The translations under genes and the position numbers were made by a program. This document shows positions 56,841 through 64,000 of a stretch of 64,000 nucleotides of DNA, piece after piece. The notes beneath the pieces were generated by a model. It was not told where the DNA came from. It did not search any database and saw only the letters and a program-made list of their open reading frames with translations. This stretch comes from Fibrobacteria bacterium (GTDB lineage: Bacteria > Fibrobacterota > Fibrobacteria > UBA11236): positions 8,687 to 72,686 of the forward strand of contig JADGQO010000038.1 in NCBI GenBank assembly GCA_017881725.1, in the 5' to 3' direction. Each line of letters starts with the position of its first letter. The stretch's first letter is position 1.

Positions 56841-58135
56841 CGATCCCGCCCTCCGCCTCGCCTCGGCCCTTGGCCCAACCGGGGCCCGAAGGCGGGCCCA
56901 CTCGCCCGTTCGCGCCACCGACTGTCCCGCGCCTCCAACTCGCGGGTGCGGCCAAAAAATTCGGCGAAGTCATCGCGGTGTATCCGATGGATCTGGAAGT
57001 GCGCGCCGGGGAATTCCTGGTTCTTCTGGGTCCCAGCGGCTGCGGCAAAACCACCACCCTGCGCATGCTGGCCGGATTGGAAAAACCCTCGCAAGGCAGC
57101 GTCCTCATGGACGGCGTCGACGTTACGGGAATGCGTCCGGGCGATCGGGACATGGCCTTCGTGTTCCAGATGTTCTCGCTGTATCCGCATATGACGGTCC
57201 TGGAAAACGTGGCCTTTCCTTTGCGCGCCCAGGGATTGCCCGCCTCCGAGGCGGAGCGCCGCGCCGCAGATCTGCTGCGCCAGATGCGCTTGCAGCCTTT
57301 GGCCCATTTACGACCGTCGAAATTATCCGGCGGAGATCAACAGCGCGTGGGCTTGGCGCGCGCGCTCATCCGCACGCAACTACGCGCGCCCAAGGCCTTC
57401 CTCATGGACGAGCCCCTGGGCACTTTGGACGGCGCGCTGCGCGAGGAAACGCGGACCGCCTTGCGCACGGCGCACAACCAAAGCGGAGCCACCACGGTGT
57501 TCGTCACCCACGATCAGGACGAAGCGATGAGCCTGGCCGACCGCATCGCCGTCATGCGCGAGGGGAAAATCCTGCAACTCGACACGCCGCGCGCCATCTA
57601 CGATCAACCCGCCGATTTGTTCGTAGCCGATTTCGTCGGTTCCCCGGGCATGAACCTTTTCCCCGCCCGCCGCCAGGGGGACGTCGCCGTGCTGTCCGCT
57701 CTGCCTCTCACGATTCATTTCGCGGCGGATTTGGACGCCCCAGAGGATGTCGCGTCGCGCGCGACCGGGCCGACCGGGGCGGTCGGAGCCTCTTCCCGTA
57801 ACCCAGGAGTTACCCAGGCCGGTAACTCGGCCGCCAACCAGCCCGGGGACCAAGGCCCTTGCTGGCTCGGCGTGCGGCCTCAAAACGTCATCCTCAGCGA
57901 GACCGGCGCTCCCTGCCGAGTTCAGCATACCGAGTCGTTGGGGTCCCATAATCTCTTGACCTTGCGCCATGCGGAGGGCCTCATGAAGGCCTGGCTGCCC
58001 GCCGGGGTGCGTTTCGACGATGGCGCGACTGTATGCGTTTCTTTCCTCGCGTCCGGCTGCCGTTGGTTCGATGGCGTTCACGGAAAGGCGCAAAACTGGC
58101 GGACCGTGGAGGTGGAATGCCGCGCTACGGCTTGA
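56837..58135 (+). CDS. ABC transporter ATP-binding protein (MalK/UgpC-like) with a C-terminal regulatory domain
   Basis: Walker A GPSGCGKTT, signature LSGGDQQRV, Walker B FLMDEPL, H-loop VTHDQ. Confidence 0.85.
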   Translation: MTIPPSASPRPLAQPGPEGGPTRPFAPPTVPRLQLAGAAKKFGEVIAVYPMDLEVRAGEFLVLLGPSGCGKTTTLRMLAGLEKPSQGSVLMDGVDVTGMRPGDRDMAFVFQMFSLYPHMTVLENVAFPLRAQGLPASEAERRAADLLRQMRLQPLAHLRPSKLSGGDQQRVGLARALIRTQLRAPKAFLMDEPLGTLDGALREETRTALRTAHNQSGATTVFVTHDQDEAMSLADRIAVMREGKILQLDTPRAIYDQPADLFVADFVGSPGMNLFPARRQGDVAVLSALPLTIHFAADLDAPEDVASRATGPTGAVGASSRNPGVTQAGNSAANQPGDQGPCWLGVRPQNVILSETGAPCRVQHTESLGSHNLLTLRHAEGLMKAWLPAGVRFDDGATVCVSFLASGCRWFDGVHGKAQNWRTVEVECRATA

Positions 58136-59136
58136 ACGGCGTCGCCGTGCGTTTCCAATCCGGTATCAAAGCCCTGGCGGGCGTGGATTTGGAATTGGCC
58201 GCGGGGGAATTGCTGGTCGTGCTGGGCGTGACGGGCGCGGGCAAAACCACCTTGCTGCGTACCATCGCGGGATTGCAAAAGCCGGATTCCGGCGCGATCC
58301 TGGAGGACGGCCGCGACATCACCGCCCTGCCGCCGCATGCCCGCGACATGGCCATGGTGTTCCAGAATTTCTCTTTATACCCGGGCCTCACCGTGGGCGG
58401 CAATCTGGCTTTTCCGTTGCAGGCGAAAGCCCTGGCCCTACCGGCCCAGGAAATCCAATCCCGGGTGCGCCAAACGGCTGAGCGTCTCGGATTGGCCGAT
58501 AAGCTCCATCGCCGTCCCGAGCAATTATCCGGCGGCGAATTGCAACGCGTCGCCATCGGCCGGGCCTTGGTGCGCCGCCCCAAGCTGTTCCTCTTCGACG
58601 AGCCGCTGGCCAGCCTCGACGCCAAGCTGCGCGAACGCATGGTTTCGGAAATCCGATCCTTGCAGCGCGCCCAAGGCTGCGGGATGATTTACGTCACGCA
58701 CGATCATGTCGAGGCCATGAGTCTGGCCGACCGCATCGCCGTCCTGGACCAAGGACGCGTGCTGCAAATCGGCACGCCCGATGAAATTTACCGCCATCCG
58801 GCGGAAAGCCGCGTGGCCCGCATGTTGGGCCGTCCCGGCATCAACCTGTTGACCAGTGAGGAAGCAGGCCGATTGGGGCTTCCATTGCCTGGTGCGGGAC
58901 CGGGAGCGGGAGGGAAATTCGCAGGAATCCGCCCGGAAAGCTGGCGTGTAACCGCCGACCCCAAAGGCCCTGCGGTTGCGACTTTGGTCGAGCAACTGGG
59001 GCCGATGCTTGCCATCGTATTGGACGTGCAAGGCATTACCCTGCGCGTGGCCGCGCCACCGTATTTGCGCGTGAAGCCCGGAGATCGGTTCCGTCTGGGC
59101 GTGGACCCGTCGGAAATTCTCGCGTTTGAAAAGTAG
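58117..59136 (+). CDS. Second ABC transporter ATP-binding protein (MalK-like)
   Basis: Start at MPRYGLNG with GGAGGTGG upstream. GVTGAGKTT, LSGGELQRV, FLFDEPL, VTHDH. It overlaps the first ATPase by 19 nt. Confidence 0.85.
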   Translation: MPRYGLNGVAVRFQSGIKALAGVDLELAAGELLVVLGVTGAGKTTLLRTIAGLQKPDSGAILEDGRDITALPPHARDMAMVFQNFSLYPGLTVGGNLAFPLQAKALALPAQEIQSRVRQTAERLGLADKLHRRPEQLSGGELQRVAIGRALVRRPKLFLFDEPLASLDAKLRERMVSEIRSLQRAQGCGMIYVTHDHVEAMSLADRIAVLDQGRVLQIGTPDEIYRHPAESRVARMLGRPGINLLTSEEAGRLGLPLPGAGPGAGGKFAGIRPESWRVTADPKGPAVATLVEQLGPMLAIVLDVQGITLRVAAPPYLRVKPGDRFRLGVDPSEILAFEK

Positions 59137-59154
59137 GCTCGGATTTCCCCCCAA

Positions 59155-59193
59155 TAAAAAACCCGGAACCTGTTGGTCCCGGGTTTTTCTTTT
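59155..59193. terminator. Bidirectional rho-independent terminator between the ABC operon and the convergent thuA-like gene
   Basis: aaaaaa-acccggaacc-tgtt-ggtcccgggt-tttttctttt: a ~10-bp GC stem flanked by an A-run and a T-run. Confidence 0.6.
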
Positions 59194-59216
59194 AGCCCTT
59201 TAAGCTATCGCAAAGA

Positions 59217-60431
59217 TTAAAGCATCACTCTTTGAGTGGTGGTCTTCTTTCCCGCCTTCACTTGAACAATATAAAGGGCCGCGCCCCTGAGTCCGGCGAA
59301 GGAATAATCCGCATTTCCATTGCCGATTTTGTGGGCGACAGTTTTGCCGGCAGGAGTGAACACGTTGAGTTCATGGTTTCCCTGGCCCTTGACTTGAACA
59401 CTCAGGATGCCGTTCATGTTTTGCGATTGCAGCATGTCACCGATGATTGCGTTAGTCGCATGCACAGAGACCGAGAGTTCATTGACTCGCAGCCCAGCGG
59501 CCCAACGTAACGCCTGCCACAACCACCCCTTGGTCATGAGAGTATGGGATGTATCGGAAAATACGGTATTGCCTTCTTGAGTTGCCCCTTGCGCCACCGT
59601 AGTGGGCGCATGGTTCGAGCTGGTCCCATCCCAAGCGCCGACATCATGGCCGCGGGCGGTATAGATGAAGCGTCCCTGCTCACCCTCCGTCCCCTTGGGC
59701 AAGTGGTAGGCCCACATCACGGGGTGTCCTAGTCCCATGGACGCTCCGTTTGGAACCTGGTAGGAATTTTCATCAATAGTCATCAGCACGTCGGCGATAG
59801 GACGGACGTTTGGACTGGTGGAATACCATTCATCCGGATAGGTGAACTTGGTTTTCGGAAAACAGGCGCGGACGGAGTCGTATTCGGGCTTCGTGGATCG
59901 CACTTCCCCACTCGTTTTCATGGTGTCCCATTGCACCTTGGCATTGGGATCTTGACCCCAGACGGAGTGCTGGGTGAAGATGGAACCGTTGAGGACGGAG
60001 TCGCGGAGCCATGCCCAGGTGTTGCCGTGATCCAGCAAGCCGTGAATAGCGAGGCATCCGCCTCCTGCTTTCATCCAGCGCTGGAAGGCATGCTGGGCAC
60101 CCGTATCGCCGACTGCTCCGGCACCGCCGATATTGGTCCCGCCGTTGAAGATGACCACGTCATAGGTTTTGAGGACGTTATCCTTCATTTCGTTGTCAAT
60201 TTCGGCTTGGTTAGCGGGTGTGGTGCAGGTAAACCCGTGTGCGGGACCCAAGGTGTTTTTATAATAGTTGGATGTGAAATTAATCTGATTAGTATGGGCG
60301 TATCCGTTGGCCCCAGACTGATTGATGATCAAGACTTTTTTCAATTGATACACTCTTGCCGCGTAGATATTCCCCAAAGCCAGTGCTAAAATTCCGGCAG
60401 AAAAGAATGATATTTTATTCAGACTAACCAT
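59217..60431 (-). CDS. ThuA-like (GATase1-like) domain protein with a T9SS C-terminal sorting domain
   Basis: Signal peptide MVSLNKISFFSAGILALALGNIYAA. ThuA-type core (KVLIINQSGANGYAH ... GGCLAIHGLLD). Por_Secre_tail-like CTD (HELNVFTPAGKTVAHKIGNGNADYSFAGLRGAALYIVQVKAGKKTTTQRVML). Confidence 0.7.
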   Translation of the reverse strand: MVSLNKISFFSAGILALALGNIYAARVYQLKKVLIINQSGANGYAHTNQINFTSNYYKNTLGPAHGFTCTTPANQAEIDNEMKDNVLKTYDVVIFNGGTNIGGAGAVGDTGAQHAFQRWMKAGGGCLAIHGLLDHGNTWAWLRDSVLNGSIFTQHSVWGQDPNAKVQWDTMKTSGEVRSTKPEYDSVRACFPKTKFTYPDEWYSTSPNVRPIADVLMTIDENSYQVPNGASMGLGHPVMWAYHLPKGTEGEQGRFIYTARGHDVGAWDGTSSNHAPTTVAQGATQEGNTVFSDTSHTLMTKGWLWQALRWAAGLRVNELSVSVHATNAIIGDMLQSQNMNGILSVQVKGQGNHELNVFTPAGKTVAHKIGNGNADYSFAGLRGAALYIVQVKAGKKTTTQRVML

Positions 60432-60499
60432 ATAAAGCTACCTCCAGCGACGCTAGGCTGCGTCGTTCGCTTTTCATAACATACCGCAATTTCAGGGAA

Positions 60500-61834
60500 T
60501 TAAATGCCAAATTCTAGGCGAAATAAGTAATACCATTGGCTTGGTTTTTGGGTAACCGAAAGTCTGGTCAAAACGTTGTTCTGGTCGATCCCGCGGGCCC
60601 AATCGCTGGCTGCTTGGGCATAAATCGCAACGCCTTTTACGATGGTCTTTTTTCCATAAACGGACCATTTATTATCCTGCGCATTGATCGCTTTTTTGTC
60701 CATAGTACCGGAATTGACATCCGAAAGACTAATGTCCCAATAGGGCATATTGTTATCAACAAGTTGTCCGGTGCTATTCAAAAACCCCCATTTCCGGTAT
60801 TCATACTCGACCGACAACACGTCGAAGAAATTGAAAGTCGGGAGGTTTAGTCCCACCATAATGGGGAGGCGCTCTATCATTTTGCTGTAGTACAAGGGAT
60901 AATTCTTCACGCCCAAGAGCGCGGCTTCTCCATACAGTTTCAATCCATTATCGCCAATCAAGGGGTTATTCAAAACCGCCCCGAGATTGATCGAAGCACG
61001 CGCCATGAGCTTGATGCCCTGGAAGGTAAATCGGCTTCCAGAATCAATTCCGGCGTTTCTTTCCACGACGGAGTCACCGGAAATCAGATATTGACTGCCC
61101 TTCAACACGCTGGGAGTGAAAGAGATGCCATGGGCGTATTCGCCGCCGAAGCCCAGATCCAAAACGTTGTTGGGCTTGAAATTGACGACCAGGCTGGGGC
61201 TGATATCATGATTGGGCTCAATATCCCGCTCGATGAACAGGTTCAGATCAGCGGTCAACTTCCCATCCAGGAAGTTTCCGCGGGTCTTCACTCCCGAGGC
61301 CATATACAACGCGCTGTTCATGAAGCTCCAGCCCGCAGTACCGGTCACTTCATAACCGGGATAGGTTCCGTCACGCAGCAAGTATTCACCCAAATTCTTG
61401 GCGTCCGGATTGTACTTATACGGGAAGTAACCAAATTGAACCGTCCAGGACGGGTTCTCGACATCGCCAAATTTATAGATACCTTGCGCTTGTCCCACGC
61501 CGGGCCCGAAACGCAGGCTGCGGGAGGTCGCATTGTTCGGGTTCTCCGGGAAGGCGTAATAGAACAACCCGCCCACGCCAATCCGGATGGAGAGCCGGTC
61601 CGCGACCGTCGTCGACTGGTTTAAGTATACGGCCGTTCGCTGCAGCACCGATCCGTCAGGACTGATCGGATTGGCCGGATCGGAAATCCCTCCGTTGACG
61701 ACCTGCCCTAGGTCAATGTACGAGCCGATCTCCAGGGGAGATTGCTCCACCTTAACATCGGCCATCGAGATGAGGGGTGTCGAACAAATCCATGTCGCGG
61801 CAAAGGCCGCTTTCATCATTATTTGTTTTTTCAT
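60500..61834 (-). CDS. Outer-membrane beta-barrel protein, uncharacterised family (paralog 1)
   Basis: Signal peptide. Alternating amphipathic strands. Shared blocks with the next gene (FGYFPYKYNPDAKNLGEYLLRD, YAQAASDWARG, WYYLFRLEFGI at the C-terminus). Confidence 0.55.
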   Translation of the reverse strand: MKKQIMMKAAFAATWICSTPLISMADVKVEQSPLEIGSYIDLGQVVNGGISDPANPISPDGSVLQRTAVYLNQSTTVADRLSIRIGVGGLFYYAFPENPNNATSRSLRFGPGVGQAQGIYKFGDVENPSWTVQFGYFPYKYNPDAKNLGEYLLRDGTYPGYEVTGTAGWSFMNSALYMASGVKTRGNFLDGKLTADLNLFIERDIEPNHDISPSLVVNFKPNNVLDLGFGGEYAHGISFTPSVLKGSQYLISGDSVVERNAGIDSGSRFTFQGIKLMARASINLGAVLNNPLIGDNGLKLYGEAALLGVKNYPLYYSKMIERLPIMVGLNLPTFNFFDVLSVEYEYRKWGFLNSTGQLVDNNMPYWDISLSDVNSGTMDKKAINAQDNKWSVYGKKTIVKGVAIYAQAASDWARGIDQNNVLTRLSVTQKPSQWYYLFRLEFGI

Positions 61835-61852
61835 AGTCCTTCGCGTCCTGGA

Positions 61853-63271
61853 TTAGATGCCCAAGCTCAATCGCACGAGGTAATACCAATCACTGGGCGT
61901 TCTAATGATGGGCTCATACAATGGAACCAGAGCGCCAGGGCCCACGTTGGCGTTATACCCGCGCATATAATCGCTGGCCGCCTGAGCATACAGGGTTAAA
62001 CCGGGAACCACTTTGCGTTGCAGATAAAACGACCATTTGAACGACCTATGCGACATCGAGCTCTTGTCGTAGGGTTTGATGATGGAGCCGTCGTTGGCGG
62101 AAACGCCGCCATACAGCAGGTCATGATAGGATTGGCCGCCGGAAGGGAAAATTCCGGGAACCGGAACCGCGTCCGTGGCATAGGACCAATAGTTGCTGTT
62201 GGGGAATTGAAGCTTGAGGTATTCAACTTCCAAGGACAGCTTATCCAACAGTTTAAAAGTGGGGAAGTTGAAACCCGCCATAATGGGCGTCCGCGCCATC
62301 ATGCTCGTGTAATAATAGGGGTAATCTTTCACACCTAAAATCGCGGCTTCGGTGTAAAGCTTCAAATCGTCTTCCCCGAGGAGTTCGGATTGGAAAATGG
62401 ATTGGAGATTCAAAGAGGCGCGTGCCATGACCTTTATGGCCTGGAAGGTGTAATTCGAATAACCGGTCTCGTTAAGATTCGTGACGACGGTGTCCCCCTT
62501 ATACCGGTTCATCGGCTGCCCTACTACTTCACCCGAAGCCGAAGATATTACCGGGCTCAACAGCGGCCCCTTTGGGGTCGTGCTGCTGGGCTTGAAGGAA
62601 ACCAAATGGGCAAAAGCCACGCCGCCACCGATTTCAATGGCTGGATGCGGTTTGTATGCAAAAACATAGGCCGGTGTGAGGTCTCCGGTAGGTTCAATGC
62701 CGCGCTCGGTATAGATCACCAAATCATGGGTAATCGGGCCGGTGTGCAAGCGAAGTTCTGCACCTTCCATCTGGAAGCCGGCAGAATTGATGGTGCTTAG
62801 GCCTCCCGAAACCATCACTGTGGGATAGGCTTCATCGCGCAATAGGAATTCGCCGAGGTTTTTGGCGTCGGGGTTGTACTTGAAGGGAATAATGCCGAAG
62901 TTGAATTTGCCCAAAGGATCATCCAGCGCGCCTAATTTCACGGAACCCATGGCCTTGGTGACCGTGGTGCCGAACTTAATGGCTCTTTGATACGAAAGGC
63001 CGAACACATTTGGAATGGTGTAAAAGAACAAGCCGCCAACGCCAACCGCGAGGTTGAGGCGTTCGTTGACGTTTATGCCTTGCGTTATGGAAAGGCTGGT
63101 CGACTGGAGCATTTGCCCGTCATGGACTTCAGGATAATTGCTGTGAATGATTTGACCCGCGTCAAAAATCACATTCGTCTGCAACGGCTCACGCGTCACA
63201 TCGGCCCGCGCGAAAGCAAATACCGCCAGAGGTATGGTAAACATCAGAAATCGCGAAACGCGATAACTCAT
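61853..63271 (-). CDS. Outer-membrane beta-barrel protein (paralog 2, tandem duplicate)
   Basis: Start at MSYRVSRFLMFTIPLAVFAFARA. Blocks FGIIPFKYNPDAKNLGEFLLRD, YAQAASDYMRG, WYYLVRLSLGI; about 40-45% identity to paralog 1. Confidence 0.55.
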   Translation of the reverse strand: MSYRVSRFLMFTIPLAVFAFARADVTREPLQTNVIFDAGQIIHSNYPEVHDGQMLQSTSLSITQGINVNERLNLAVGVGGLFFYTIPNVFGLSYQRAIKFGTTVTKAMGSVKLGALDDPLGKFNFGIIPFKYNPDAKNLGEFLLRDEAYPTVMVSGGLSTINSAGFQMEGAELRLHTGPITHDLVIYTERGIEPTGDLTPAYVFAYKPHPAIEIGGGVAFAHLVSFKPSSTTPKGPLLSPVISSASGEVVGQPMNRYKGDTVVTNLNETGYSNYTFQAIKVMARASLNLQSIFQSELLGEDDLKLYTEAAILGVKDYPYYYTSMMARTPIMAGFNFPTFKLLDKLSLEVEYLKLQFPNSNYWSYATDAVPVPGIFPSGGQSYHDLLYGGVSANDGSIIKPYDKSSMSHRSFKWSFYLQRKVVPGLTLYAQAASDYMRGYNANVGPGALVPLYEPIIRTPSDWYYLVRLSLGI

Positions 63272-63925
63272 AAAATTTCCTGCCTCATGTTTTCCAAAAA
63301 TAAACCCCAAGTCAGACGTTAAAAAAGTTCAACACCCGAGGGACAAGAGCATAAGTAAATCCAAACCCTTTTCCAATACCAAACCGTCTTTGGATGTCCT
63401 TGGATGAAATCGGCGAACCAAATCTCCGGAACCCATAACCTTAGTGATGCTTCCGCCCCCTTCGTTGGGGCTATCGTCACCCGAAATCAAATCAGGGAGA
63501 CGGGTTCAACTTAACCGGTATCGATTTTTGATGCCGGTAAAGTTCCCGCAATGATTTGTACGGAATCTGCAGTGAGTGAAAGGCATTCCGTGTATTTCGC
63601 CACGACATGGGATTGATTAAAATCCGTAAGTAAAGCACTTATGGTAAGGATGGAACATGGCCAAGGCATTCGGGGGATTGGGGGGCTTTCACTGAAAGGG
63701 ATGGTTTTTTCGGCGCGGGTGCCTGCCTCGGCCTTTTTCTTCCTGTTGACTTCGGTGCAATTTGGAATCACTGCTAACTTACCCTCCCATCCCTCATCTG
63801 GCCTAAGCCGACCAGGTAAACCCTCTGAAAAGTGACGCCCATCACTACCCACTTGAGCAAGATTTCTATTCTTTCCGTGCAAGTGTTTAATCCCGCCCCG
63901 CAGCGGGGAATATCGGAAAAGGCCT

Positions 63926-64000
63926 ATGCAATCATCATTTCTTCTCTCCATTCTGCTGGCGGCCAATCTTCACGCCGCATCGGTTACCCCCGCCGACCCC
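63926..64000 (+). CDS. 3'-truncated ORF beginning with a signal peptide (runs off the window)
   Basis: ATG at 63926 encodes MQSSFLLSILLAANLHAASVTPADP. Too short to assign a family. Confidence 0.3.
   Translation, partial: MQSSFLLSILLAANLHAASVTPADP

Noticed and set aside
63880-63906. CRISPR-like sequence gtgtttaatcccgccccgcagcggggaat resembling type I-E repeats
   Set aside because: There is only one copy, with no spacer/repeat periodicity anywhere in the window. It sits 20 nt upstream of an ATG and is more likely a small regulatory hairpin.
63511-63966. 151-aa minus-strand ORF in the last intergenic region
   Set aside because: No motifs, mixed codon bias, and it overlaps the probable promoter and signal-peptide start of the plus-strand gene at 63926.

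Overview
This is a 64 kb window of high-GC (about 60-65%) bacterial chromosome. About 55 coding regions can be supported from the sequence. Three proteins carry T9SS-type C-terminal sorting domains, one carries a PEP-CTERM tail and one a fibro-slime domain, and Shine-Dalgarno sites are common; this suggests an FCB-superphylum organism (Fibrobacterota- or Gemmatimonadota-like), but the phylum is not resolved. Many long antisense ORFs are artefacts of the GC content. The supported content, in order, is: (1) a polysaccharide and glycan block: YfcH-like epimerase, a tri-domain sugar-phosphotransferase/STAS/deacetylase fusion, a split PEP-CTERM protein gene, GT2 and GT4 glycosyltransferases, and a flippase-like / GT-C / SAM-methyltransferase operon. 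(2) molybdenum cofactor gene moeA, a DTW-domain tRNA modification gene, a CDF transporter, and a GH10 xylanase with an in-frame stop. (3) a long minus-strand series: TetR-controlled TonB-dependent receptor, translationally coupled Cys-rich lipoprotein, secreted coiled-coil protein, ExbB with a long periplasmic N-terminus, ExbB, ExbD, TonB, TPR protein. (4) a WYL regulator, DUF1080 proteins, a fibro-slime protein, and several gene remnants. (5) a complete cheY-cheA-cheW-mcp-cheB-cheR chemotaxis operon. (6) a sulfide:quinone oxidoreductase-like gene with a perfect operator palindrome and a BigR/SqrR-type regulator fused to an ebo-like (eboE-eboF-eboC / eboD) cluster. (7) a five-gene sugar ABC transporter plus a small coupled membrane ORF. 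(8) a ThuA-like T9SS protein with two tandem outer-membrane paralogs. Most unusual are the ebo-like cluster wired to a persulfide-sensing-type regulator, an AT-rich 12-mer inverted-repeat array in front of the TPR gene, a duplicated promoter/operator module flanking tetR, and a high density of disrupted genes.
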